Shown in pieces: positions 8,517 through 17,741 of a stretch of 64,000 bases of DNA (the first letter of the stretch is position 1; the number at the start of each line of letters is the position of its first letter). The position numbers and the translations under genes were made by a program. The stretch comes from a bacterium (lineage in GTDB: Bacteria; 4484-113): assembly GCA_021163765.1 (NCBI GenBank), contig JAGGTK010000099.1, positions 80,089 to 144,088 on the forward strand. Reading direction: 5' to 3'. The notes beneath the pieces were generated by a model. That model had not been told where the DNA came from, made no database searches, and saw only the letters and a list, made by a program, of their open reading frames with translations.

Positions 8517-9902
8517 ATGCGACTCCTCGTTGTGATGGCGCTTTGCCTTACCCTCGTCAGCGTTCCGAGGGCTTACGCGGTGGAGGTGGGGCCTGCAAGC
8601 GGTGGCGGCATGGAGACTGAAAGCGAGGGCAAGGATGAGGAGCGTGTTTCCGACAGGGATCTGCACTGTGAGGGCAAACCGCTGTTTCTCCGGGTGTTGC
8701 TCAGTGCGCATCTCCCGCGCCTGGCAATCGGGTGCGATACTGCGATTACTGTCAGCAAGCCGGGCAGCAGCACGTTCGGCAAATTGATACCGCCGGTGAC
8801 GGTTGCCGTAGGAGCAGCACGGATAACAGTCAGTGATGTGTCAGGCAGCTTCACCGGTGCGGAGCTTAAGCTGGCTCCGCAACAGGGGGGCCTGCTGCGC
8901 TTCCGTAATGTCAGCTATCGCGGGACAATGCATCTGCGCGTCAGCTCGCAAGGCGGGGTGCTGCTGCTCAACGTGGTGGAGCTTGAGGACTACCTGCGCG
9001 GAGTGGTTCCGGCTGAAGTGCCGGCCCTGTGGCCGCCTGAAGCGGTAAAGGCGCAGGCGGTAGCGGCGCGCACATATGCGGTACAGCGCGCGAGCGCCAG
9101 AAAGAACTCTCCCTACGATGTAACGAATGATGTCAGCGACCAGGTCTACCTTGGCGTGGCCAGGGAGCATCCGGCGTCCGATGCGGCAATCGCAGCGACC
9201 GCTGGAATGGTAATTACGCACAACGGCGAACCCATCATCGCGTATTTCCACGCATGTTCGGGCGGTCACACACGGGACGGCCCGCAGCCCTATCTCGTTG
9301 GCGTTGAGAGCCCGGAAAACTCCCCCTACGACGCCTGGAAGCTGGAATACACCTTAGGGGAGCTTGGCGGGATTCTGGACAAGGGTGGCTTTGCGGTGGG
9401 CAGCCTGAGGGATGTTCAAACGGTACCCGCGCCGGAAGTGAGAGACGGATTCCGGGTTGTGTTCGCGGGAAGCCGGGCACGGGTGGAATTAACGCCCTCG
9501 CAGACGCGCAGCCTGCTGGGAGTTGATACGCTGCGCAGTCCGCGCTTCCGGGTTGAGCTTGTGGGCGGGGAAGCTGAAGGGCTGTCCGAACTTCAGCACT
9601 GGATGCGCACGAAGCTGGTGTCGGCGGAAGAAGAGACCGAAGTAAAGGTGCGCGGATGCGTCGTGACCAACGGGCGGAAGGCGCGGCGGCTGACCGGCAC
9701 CCATTATGTGCTTGTGCGCGTGCAACAGGTGGAGAAAGTGCGTTTCGCCGGCGGTGGCTACGGGCATGGTCTGGGTATGTCCCAGTACGGTGCGAAGTAT
9801 ATGGCGGAGCATGGAGCCGACTGGCGCGAGATAATACACCACTATTACTCAGACGTAGAAATCTCCGACCTGAGTGAGATAGGCCGTATGCCCGGATTTT
9901 AG
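8517..9902 (+). CDS. SpoIID/LytB domain protein (peptidoglycan lytic transglycosylase family)
   Basis: Signal MRLLVVMALCLTLVSVPRAYA. Motifs EAVKAQAVAARTYAV, DQVY, AYFHACSGGHT, GHGLGMSQYGAKYMAE. Confidence 0.8.
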   Translation: MRLLVVMALCLTLVSVPRAYAVEVGPASGGGMETESEGKDEERVSDRDLHCEGKPLFLRVLLSAHLPRLAIGCDTAITVSKPGSSTFGKLIPPVTVAVGAARITVSDVSGSFTGAELKLAPQQGGLLRFRNVSYRGTMHLRVSSQGGVLLLNVVELEDYLRGVVPAEVPALWPPEAVKAQAVAARTYAVQRASARKNSPYDVTNDVSDQVYLGVAREHPASDAAIAATAGMVITHNGEPIIAYFHACSGGHTRDGPQPYLVGVESPENSPYDAWKLEYTLGELGGILDKGGFAVGSLRDVQTVPAPEVRDGFRVVFAGSRARVELTPSQTRSLLGVDTLRSPRFRVELVGGEAEGLSELQHWMRTKLVSAEEETEVKVRGCVVTNGRKARRLTGTHYVLVRVQQVEKVRFAGGGYGHGLGMSQYGAKYMAEHGADWREIIHHYYSDVEISDLSEIGRMPGF

Positions 9903-10675
9903 GTGTTTGGCTGGCGCCAACCCCGGACAAGCTTCAGCGGATCCGCAATGCTCAGCGGGGTCTCACTCAAGAAGGCTTGTGCGTACCTGCATTTCACAAG
10001 GCGGCCGAACTGCCGGGCTATGCCCTCAAAGAATGCTCTCATCTGGGGATTCTTCTCCTGGTTGCCAAATTGCGAGCTGTGGGCCATTACGGAATCGATC
10101 CATCGGTCGTAATAATCGTCTACCGGCACGATGAAAGTGGGTGTCACAGTGGGCGGTAGGAAGTAATAAAACAGCGCCTGCGCCTGATGCGGGGGATGCC
10201 CCAGGCTCAGTTTCTCCAGGTGTGCGTAGTTGAAAGCATGGCTGGCGAGCAAGCCTGCTTTGATGTGGTCGTTGTGTCCGCGCCCGCGCCCAGGCGCTTG
10301 CCCGTAATACGGCGCGAAAACGATATCGGGGCGCAGCCTGCAGATAACGCGTGCCAGAGCAAGGCGGTATTCCGCCGTGTCGTCCAGCCCGCAGTCGGGG
10401 AGTCCCAGCGTGCCCCTGAAATCCAGCTTGAGGACTGCCGCAGCGCGCTTGCACTCCTCTCTGCGCTCGCCCAGTGTGCCGCCGCTGCTCATTTCGCCTT
10501 CGGTCAGGTCCACGATAGCGGTGGTGGCGCCTGCATCCTTCATCTTGGCCAGAACGCCGCCCGTCCCTATCTCCGCGTCGTCAGGATGTGGCGAGAAGAC
10601 CAGTACATTCGCCGTGAAATCATCGGGGAGCGGCTGATGGGGATACGTCTGGCGAAGAACGCCCGGTTGGGTCAT
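9899..10675 (-). CDS. PIG-L/LmbE family N-acetylglucosaminyl deacetylase (BshB1-like)
   Basis: VLVFSPHPDDAEIGTGG zinc-binding motif and HNDHIKAG. SD GGAGG lies upstream. The 3' end overlaps the convergent SpoIID-like gene by 4 nt. Confidence 0.75.
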   Translation of the reverse strand: MTQPGVLRQTYPHQPLPDDFTANVLVFSPHPDDAEIGTGGVLAKMKDAGATTAIVDLTEGEMSSGGTLGERREECKRAAAVLKLDFRGTLGLPDCGLDDTAEYRLALARVICRLRPDIVFAPYYGQAPGRGRGHNDHIKAGLLASHAFNYAHLEKLSLGHPPHQAQALFYYFLPPTVTPTFIVPVDDYYDRWIDSVMAHSSQFGNQEKNPQMRAFFEGIARQFGRLVKCRYAQAFLSETPLSIADPLKLVRGWRQPNT

Positions 10676-10836
10676 TATTGCCTCCTATTGGGCAGCGGTG
10701 CTGAAGGGCACTTAGCCAGCATTGCACGCACATGCATAATTTCACTGATTATAGCTTATCCTGACGGCACTGCAAGTTGACCCTCCGAATAATGCCCACT
10801 AAAATATCATTTTCAAATCGCAGGGAGGAAAGGCCT

Positions 10837-12129
10837 ATGACGGTGGTCGTAATAGTCGGTTCCCAGTGGGGCGACGAAGGCAAAGGCAAGCTCACACATT
10901 ACCTGGGACCTCAGTTCGACCTTGTGGTGCGATTTCAGGGCGGCAGCAACGCAGGGCACACTGTCAAGACTGGCGGTGAAACGTACCGCTTCAACCTGCT
11001 GCCCTCGGCTATACTCTACTGTGAACACACCTGCCTGATGGCTGACGGCATGGTGGTGAATCTGACGAGGCTGCTCAGCGAGATAAAGTTCCTGCAAGAG
11101 CGTGGCCTGTGGGGCGATAACCTTCGCATCGGCAGCCACGCGCACCTGGTTATGCCTTACCACATCTTCCTGGAAGAGCTGGAGGAGGAGCGGCTCGGCG
11201 GTCGTGCGATCGGCACGACGAAGCAGGGGATTGGCCCTTGCTATGCGGATAAAGCCGCAAGGCTCGGCATACAGGTGGGCGACCTGCTCCACCCGCCAGC
11301 TCTGAAGGAGCGGCTGGCAACGGCTGTAGAGTTCAAGAATGCTTTGATACGTGGCGTCTACAACCGCGACGAGACATACTCGGTGGACAAAATCTACGAT
11401 GAGCTTATGCGCGCCGGAGAAACGATAGGGCCGCTCGTAGTCAGCTCTGTGGAAATGGTGCGCGGATACATCGATGAAGGACGGGCCGTATTGTGTGAAG
11501 GGGCGCAGGGCGCGCTGCTGGATATTGACTACGGTACATATCCCTTCGTGACCAGCTCGCACACTGTTGCCGCCGGAGCCTGTCTGGGCACAGGTATCTC
11601 GGTTAACGATATCACCAAGGTTATAGGTGTCTCCAAAGCCTACACAACCCGTGTCGGCAACGGCGCATTCCCCAGCGAGCTGACCGGCGAGATTGGCGAT
11701 CATCTTCGGGAGAAGGGCCTTGAATACGGTACGACCACCGGGCGACCGCGAAGATGTGGGTGGCTTGACTTGGTGTTGCTGCGCTACACACTGAAGATAC
11801 ACGGGTGCACCGAACTCGCCCTTACGAAGATCGACGTGCTGGACGGCCTGGAGACGGTAAAGGTCGTCAATGCCTACCGCAGGAATGGAGACGTTCTGAC
11901 AGCCACCGAAGTCTCTAACGAGCAGCTATCGCAGTGTGAACCGGTCTATGAGGAGTTCGATGGCTGGGGAGGTCCTGTTTCCGGGCTGCGCGCAGAGGAG
12001 GATCTGCCGCCTCAGCTTGCGCAGTTCGTTGATTTCATTGAACGGGAAGTGGGCGTTCCCGTCAGAATGCTCTCCCTGGGGCCGGACCATGACGAGACTA
12101 TCTGGCGAACCCCCAAGTTAAAGCAGTGA
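10837..12129 (+). CDS. purA: Adenylosuccinate synthetase
   Basis: MTVVVIVGSQWGDEGKGK P-loop at the N-terminus, GGSNAGHTV, TTKQGIGPCY, GTTTGRPRRCGW. ATG 10837 is preceded by GGGAGGAAAGG. The ORF-track start at 10777 is unlikely. Confidence 0.95.
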   Translation: MTVVVIVGSQWGDEGKGKLTHYLGPQFDLVVRFQGGSNAGHTVKTGGETYRFNLLPSAILYCEHTCLMADGMVVNLTRLLSEIKFLQERGLWGDNLRIGSHAHLVMPYHIFLEELEEERLGGRAIGTTKQGIGPCYADKAARLGIQVGDLLHPPALKERLATAVEFKNALIRGVYNRDETYSVDKIYDELMRAGETIGPLVVSSVEMVRGYIDEGRAVLCEGAQGALLDIDYGTYPFVTSSHTVAAGACLGTGISVNDITKVIGVSKAYTTRVGNGAFPSELTGEIGDHLREKGLEYGTTTGRPRRCGWLDLVLLRYTLKIHGCTELALTKIDVLDGLETVKVVNAYRRNGDVLTATEVSNEQLSQCEPVYEEFDGWGGPVSGLRAEEDLPPQLAQFVDFIEREVGVPVRMLSLGPDHDETIWRTPKLKQ

Positions 12130-12205
12130 GCGGATGGCGGGCGGGCAAGTTCCCCGACTTGCGGAACGATGCAAGGCCTGTCCCGAAGGTATAATAATAC
12201 TGATA

Positions 12206-15200
12206 ATGGGTACGCCAAGGGGACAAGTGTCTCGCAGGATTGCTGCGCTTGCCATCGGGGCCTTTTCCGTGTTTATACTGGCGGTCGCGTGCGGCAAAAG
12301 GCAGGGCGCTATTCCACTCACTCCAAAGTTGTCCCCGACGCGCACAGCCGGGGTCGATGCGCAGCGGGATTATTACCCCGACAGGATAATCGTGAAGTTC
12401 GCGCGCGACGCCGCACCTCCAGGCGGCGCTGGCGCGGGAGGTGACAGCCTGCCGCCGTCGGTGCTATATCAGAACACGGCGCCTGCGCTCTTTGCGCGCT
12501 ATCTTGCAGAGCAGTATGCCCTGGACATCGAGCAGGAAGCTTATGTGCGGGAGGTCAACTGGGCATGTTTCTCGGTCGATTCCGCCGAACGGGCCTCGCA
12601 GCTCCTGGGAGAGCTTCCAGCGTCATACCCCAGGGAGATTGAGTACGCAGAGTACGACGGGCGCTTTGAGCTGGACTACGTCCCGAACGACCCATACTAT
12701 CCCGACAACCTGTGGGGGATTGAGAAGATAGGCGCCGAGGATGCGTGGGATACCGCAACGGGCAGCGGAATCAAGATAGCCGTAATCGACACAGGCATCC
12801 GTTACGATGGGAACTCCCCGGCTTCCGTGCCGGACCACGAAGACCTCAACGACAACGTGATGCATCCGCCGGACTACTGGCCGAACGAGAAACTCGACCT
12901 GGTGGATGATGACAACATCCCAAACGACGAAGCGGGCCATGGCACCCACGTTGCGGGAACAGCGGCGGCTGTGGGCGACAACGCGACCGGTGTCGTCGGA
13001 GTTGCGTTTGAAGCGGACATCATTCCCATAAAGATATTCTCCGCCGACGAGCTGCTTTACTACTCTCGCGCCATCCAGGCGGTCACACTGGCGACGGAAC
13101 TGGGCGCGGACGTGGTGAATATGAGCTTCGCCGGCAGCTGGCTCTCCAGAGCGCTCAGCGACGCCCTGACCGATGCCTACGACGAGGGCGTTCTGCTGGT
13201 GGCTGCGGCGGGCAACAAGGTTCTGACTAAACCGTGGTATCCGGCAGGCTACCAGGTGGTAATGGCGGTAGGCTCAACGGAAGGGCAAGACCACCGTTCC
13301 GATTTCAGCAACTACGGGCCTTGGCTGGACATAGCTGCGCCCGGCAGCGGCGTTAAGTCAACCTACTACTTCAACGCTGCTTCTTACTGGACGCTGAGCG
13401 GCACGAGCATGGCTGCCCCTCACGTGGCAGGCACGGGCGCGCTGTTGATGGAAGCGCATCCCGACCTTTCCGTTGGGGAGGTCCGCGCGATACTGGAAGG
13501 CTCGGGCGTGGACCTGCCAGACTCGGAGTGGGACAATACAACCATACGCAGGCTCGATGCCGGGGCTGCAATGAGCTTCAGCCTTGGCAGCGCTCCAACG
13601 GTCACCATCACCTCCCCGGATGACGGCTCTACCGTAGACGGTTTGGTCACCTATAGCGTGAACGTCTCTGACAGCGACGGAAGTGTGGTCAAGGTGTATT
13701 TCTACGTTGGCGATTACCTCCTGGCGATTGATACAACCGCACAGTTCTCGACGACGTGGGATACGGGCAAGTTTCCGAATACGGCCTACGAGTTGCGGGC
13801 TGTGGCATACGACAACCAGGCTCAGCGTACTGCGGCCACGATTACCGTTACGGTCTCCAATACTGCGCTGGCGCCCGATTACTTTACCGATTTCGAGAGC
13901 GGCATAAGCGGATGGTGGAACCTGGATGAGAGCGGGCCTACAAGCTGGCACCTGTCTACTGAGGAAAGCTACAGCCCGACACATTCGTTCAAGATGGGCG
14001 ACACGGGCGACGGCTCCTACGGCAACAGCGAGTACGACCTGCTGTTCTCCCCCGTCTTTGACCTTTCAGGTATCGAGCACGCGCGGGTGAAGTTCTACCA
14101 CCGCCACGTCTTTTCCGGTCCCTGGGATGCCGGCTACGTTACCGTCAACACCGGCGATGGCGAGTACCACGTTCTTGCGTCGTATACCTTCGGTCAGTAC
14201 GAGTGGAAGCTGGAAAACCTTCTGCTCGACGACTATCTTGGGAAGTCCATCCAGGTTGTTTTCCTGATGGAGTCCAACAACACGGTGAACAACGAAGGCT
14301 GGTATATCGACGACTTCCGCCTTGTGAAATCCACTGATCCGCCGACGGTCGCCCTGACCTCGCATCAGGATAACGATATTGTTAGCGGGACGATCACTGT
14401 AACGGCAACCGCCAGTGACGATGTCGGAATCAGCAAGGTAGAGCTTTACGTAAACGGCATACTCTCCGGCGCCGACACTATCCCTCCATACTCGTTTAGC
14501 TACAACACTCTTGAGCTTCACGGCGGCGATAACGTGTTTCGCGTTACTGCATATGACGAATTCCCTCTGACCGCGAGTGACGAGGTGAATCTCATCGTCC
14601 AGAATCACCAGGTAAACTCGTTCTGGCCGTTAAGCGCCACTGCTGGTTCGACGGTGGACATCAGCGGCAACAACTTTATCGCAGACGGCGACGATGCCTA
14701 TAATCCTGCCACGGATAAGGTGCGCTTCACGGGCGAGGAAGATCTGGTCGATGCTGAAGTCGGCAACTGGTACAAGAACAGCATTTCATGCACTGTGCCT
14801 GCGGGCGCTGTAATAGGGCCGGTTTACGTCGTGATCGGCAGCGCCTCTGTTGCTTCGAACGACGATTTCGCAATCAAGCCGCTGGTTGACAGCTTGGAGC
14901 CTGATGCTCAGGTTGTCGGCGAAAATATCCTAATTCACGGGAGTGGTTTCCTGGCCGAGCAGGGCAGCGGCTACGTCACATTCAACGGTCTCCAGGCGTC
15001 GAGTGTGGCCTCCTGGAGCACGCAGGCCATAGAGGTCGTTGTTCCGGGCGGAGTCACGGCAGGGCCGGTGAAGGTCAGCACGGAAGTGGGTGTAAGCAAC
15101 GGGGTCGAGTTTACTCCATTACCGCACATTACCATGCTCTCGTCCAGCCGGGCGTATGCCGGGAAGTTGCTGACGATATTCGGCACCAGCTTCGGCAGCG

Positions 15201-15409
15201 ACTCCAGTGCGGGTTCGGTTTGGTTCCACAATGGCGTTGAGGTGCCGGGCACGGATGCGATGTGGCAGTCCACGCAGATTGGCGTATTCGTGCCGGATGG
15301 CGCGGAAACCGGCGACCTCTACGTGACGGTGAATGGATGCGAGAGCAACAGAGCCTGGCTTACTATTACGCTTCCGCCGCCTCGTCTGGGGGGGCTGTAC
15401 CAGTACTGA
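12206..15409 (+). CDS. Subtilisin-family (S8) serine protease lipoprotein, paralog of 1834-5085 with the same architecture
   Basis: Start chosen at M25 (ATG 12206), which gives the lipoprotein signal MGTPRGQVSRRIAALAIGAFSVFILAVACG. YYPDRIIVKF propeptide. AVIDTGI, HGTHVAGTAAA, SGTSMAAPHVAG. Beta-sandwich ending WYIDDFRLVK, Ig-like domains, four IPT/TIG repeats, tail LPPPRLGGLYQY. Confidence 0.9.
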   Translation: MGTPRGQVSRRIAALAIGAFSVFILAVACGKRQGAIPLTPKLSPTRTAGVDAQRDYYPDRIIVKFARDAAPPGGAGAGGDSLPPSVLYQNTAPALFARYLAEQYALDIEQEAYVREVNWACFSVDSAERASQLLGELPASYPREIEYAEYDGRFELDYVPNDPYYPDNLWGIEKIGAEDAWDTATGSGIKIAVIDTGIRYDGNSPASVPDHEDLNDNVMHPPDYWPNEKLDLVDDDNIPNDEAGHGTHVAGTAAAVGDNATGVVGVAFEADIIPIKIFSADELLYYSRAIQAVTLATELGADVVNMSFAGSWLSRALSDALTDAYDEGVLLVAAAGNKVLTKPWYPAGYQVVMAVGSTEGQDHRSDFSNYGPWLDIAAPGSGVKSTYYFNAASYWTLSGTSMAAPHVAGTGALLMEAHPDLSVGEVRAILEGSGVDLPDSEWDNTTIRRLDAGAAMSFSLGSAPTVTITSPDDGSTVDGLVTYSVNVSDSDGSVVKVYFYVGDYLLAIDTTAQFSTTWDTGKFPNTAYELRAVAYDNQAQRTAATITVTVSNTALAPDYFTDFESGISGWWNLDESGPTSWHLSTEESYSPTHSFKMGDTGDGSYGNSEYDLLFSPVFDLSGIEHARVKFYHRHVFSGPWDAGYVTVNTGDGEYHVLASYTFGQYEWKLENLLLDDYLGKSIQVVFLMESNNTVNNEGWYIDDFRLVKSTDPPTVALTSHQDNDIVSGTITVTATASDDVGISKVELYVNGILSGADTIPPYSFSYNTLELHGGDNVFRVTAYDEFPLTASDEVNLIVQNHQVNSFWPLSATAGSTVDISGNNFIADGDDAYNPATDKVRFTGEEDLVDAEVGNWYKNSISCTVPAGAVIGPVYVVIGSASVASNDDFAIKPLVDSLEPDAQVVGENILIHGSGFLAEQGSGYVTFNGLQASSVASWSTQAIEVVVPGGVTAGPVKVSTEVGVSNGVEFTPLPHITMLSSSRAYAGKLLTIFGTSFGSDSSAGSVWFHNGVEVPGTDAMWQSTQIGVFVPDGAETGDLYVTVNGCESNRAWLTITLPPPRLGGLYQY

Positions 15410-15434
15410 GCCAGGCCACTTATGTGCGGTGATG

Positions 15435-15443
15435 TGCTAGAAT
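15435..15443 (+). promoter_or_regulatory. Extended -10 box TGCTAGAAT
   Basis: Intergenic, 28 nt before ATG 15472. GAGGAGCGGGAG SD lies between. Confidence 0.45.
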
Positions 15444-15471
15444 TTGGGCGCTTTCGAGGAGCGGGAGTTAT

Positions 15472-17190
15472 ATGAGGAATCCAGGACTATATCTTGTGTT
15501 GCTGGCGTTTTTGCTGCTTACGGCCTGTGGGCGAGGGGCTTCCGGCGTTTCTGTGCAGAACGTTAATCCAGGCGCCAACCTTGCCGCGCCGCTCCTGAGC
15601 GGCCTGGAGCTAACCCGTGAGAAGTCGGTGTCCGGCCTGCCAACCGGTGTCATAGTGACCTGGGAGCGCGTGGATGACCCGCTTGCCATCGGCTATTACC
15701 TCTATCGTGACACACAGCACATCGAGACTGCTAATCCTGCGCTGCGGACGAACGGCGGTGACATGATAGATCAGCCGGGCTCCGGCACAACGGTAACCTT
15801 CTACGACGAGTTCTATCCGGTGGTGGGACAGACTTATTACTACCGGCTTTCCGTGGTGGACATCTACGACGAGGAAAGCGATCTCAGCAATGAGCTAGTC
15901 ATAGAGATTTCCGCTCAGGAGGTGACCGGCCTTAACCCGGCGTCTGGCTACTACGGTGACACGGTGACCATCAGCGGCACGGACTTCGGCATCCATAATG
16001 TGGATGACGACTATGTTTTCTTCCCCACGGATTCGTCCGAGAGGGTCGAGGCTGCAATCTTATCCTGGGAGGATACTGAGATTCAGTGCGTCGTCCCGGC
16101 AGGCGCGATTACCGGGCGCGTCCAGGTTGAGATCGCAAGCACCGTCGCGGAAAGCGATGAAGACTTCGTGATACTGAATCCGTTTCTCATCTCGGTGAGC
16201 CCCAAGTACGCTAGCTATAACGAGGAGATACGTATCCTGGGGGACAATCTCACCGACTCGCCCGGACCGGCTGACGGCGTGACTTTCCCGGGCGATGTAT
16301 TCATCTCGTACGGCGCGGGATTCTTCGTTTCCTGGTCGGACACCGAAATAATCATGCGCGTTCCGCCAGCGGTAGGTGCGGACGGCGAGATAACTGCCAG
16401 AGTGGGCGGTGAAGACACGAACGGAGTAGCCTTTTCGGTGCGCCCCGCTATTGAGACGGTGACGCCGCGGAAGCTGGTCCCGGGTTCCCCCACAAAGGTC
16501 TCAGTCGTCGGCCTGAATCTGGGTAACATCCTTGTCAGCGAGCTATATATCGTGGACGCTTCCGACGTAGACCCCGTTCCGTCGGTCAAAGTGGACGATT
16601 CCTACATCGTTTCCTGGGATAACAACGAGGTAGTATTCCGCGTGCCCTTTGAGGAATACGGCGAACTCCCGGCTCTCAGGGTTAAGCGCGGGCCATACTG
16701 GAGCGACAGTTACTCTGTAATCATGCTTGAGCCCCTCCAGATTACCTTTCTGTTTCCCGCCCAGCATTCGACATTGGAGGAGCCTACAACAATCGCGGTC
16801 ACATCGATGATTGACGTCACCCGCGTGGAGTTCTATCTGGGATCAGCGACCTGGCCGCTGTACATTGATGCTGAAGGCCCGGATTATTCACTTGTGATCG
16901 ACCCGCAGGATTACACTAACGGGAGCTACTACTTAAAGGCTAAAGCGTACCGAGGCGCTGAGAGAGCGTACGCATTTCTCCTTTTTGACATACTGTCGCT
17001 CCCCGGGGATACAAACGGCGATGGCGTTGTGGACGATGCCGATGTTGAGAAGCTCAGGTTGCATCTCGGTCTGACGTCCGAAGACGCGCTCTATCACCGC
17101 TACCTTGACCCCAACGACGACGGCCAGATAGACGAGCGGGATGTCAGCTTTATCGGTTACCACTATACAGGCGCCTTTGAGGTACCGTAG
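15472..17190 (+). CDS. Non-catalytic lipoprotein: FN3-like + IPT/TIG repeats + Ig-like domain + C-terminal dockerin-type module
   Basis: Signal MRNPGLYLVLLAFLLLTACG. FN3-like YYLYRD...TYYYRLSVVDIYDEESDLS. IPT/TIG-like repeats (VTGLNPASGYYGDTVTISGTDFG...). Dockerin-like pair GDTNGDGVVDDADVEKL ... DPNDDGQIDERDVSFI. Confidence 0.75.
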   Translation: MRNPGLYLVLLAFLLLTACGRGASGVSVQNVNPGANLAAPLLSGLELTREKSVSGLPTGVIVTWERVDDPLAIGYYLYRDTQHIETANPALRTNGGDMIDQPGSGTTVTFYDEFYPVVGQTYYYRLSVVDIYDEESDLSNELVIEISAQEVTGLNPASGYYGDTVTISGTDFGIHNVDDDYVFFPTDSSERVEAAILSWEDTEIQCVVPAGAITGRVQVEIASTVAESDEDFVILNPFLISVSPKYASYNEEIRILGDNLTDSPGPADGVTFPGDVFISYGAGFFVSWSDTEIIMRVPPAVGADGEITARVGGEDTNGVAFSVRPAIETVTPRKLVPGSPTKVSVVGLNLGNILVSELYIVDASDVDPVPSVKVDDSYIVSWDNNEVVFRVPFEEYGELPALRVKRGPYWSDSYSVIMLEPLQITFLFPAQHSTLEEPTTIAVTSMIDVTRVEFYLGSATWPLYIDAEGPDYSLVIDPQDYTNGSYYLKAKAYRGAERAYAFLLFDILSLPGDTNGDGVVDDADVEKLRLHLGLTSEDALYHRYLDPNDDGQIDERDVSFIGYHYTGAFEVP

Positions 17191-17721
17191 GTGACAGCGA
17201 TATATACCCGTGGCGGCGATAGCGGCAGCACGTCGACTCCGGGTGGCGGCAGGACGAGCAAAGCGGATCTGCGCCTGGAGGCGCTTGGTACTATTGACGA
17301 GTTAAGCGCGGTTATCGGCCTGGCGTTGTCGCTGGCAACCCCTTCAGAGCGCTTTTCGATTCTCCAGGCCGTGCAGAAGAAGCTGATTGTGCTCGGTGCC
17401 GAGATCGCTGCGGACGGGGTGTCCGGGGCCCCTCCCGACCGCCGCATCGTGGATAATGACACCCTGGAGCTGGAGCAGGCGATTGATTCTTATGAAGCGA
17501 GACTGCCGAAGCTCAGGGATTTCATCCTGGCTGGTGGTGTTCCCGCGGCAGCAGCCCTGCACGTCGCCCGGACGGTATGTCGACGGGCCGAGCGCCGGGT
17601 TGTGGATCTTCACGGGCAAAGCCAGGTTAGTCTGGCAATACTGAAATACCTCAACCGCCTGTCGGATCTCCTGTTCGTGTTGGCGAGACTGGCGAACAAG
17701 GAAGTAGAGGGTAGTCCTTAG
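17191..17721 (+). CDS. ATP:cob(I)alamin adenosyltransferase, PduO/MMAB type
   Basis: GTG start immediately after the upstream stop. IYTRGGDSGSTS...ADLRLEALGTIDELSAVIGLA N-terminal signature. Confidence 0.8.
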   Translation: MTAIYTRGGDSGSTSTPGGGRTSKADLRLEALGTIDELSAVIGLALSLATPSERFSILQAVQKKLIVLGAEIAADGVSGAPPDRRIVDNDTLELEQAIDSYEARLPKLRDFILAGGVPAAAALHVARTVCRRAERRVVDLHGQSQVSLAILKYLNRLSDLLFVLARLANKEVEGSP

Positions 17722-17741
17722 GGCAAGGCGCAGCAGGTCTT

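Noticed and set aside
10813-11802. 329-aa ORF on the minus strand
   Set aside because: It is antisense to purA, which is unambiguous.
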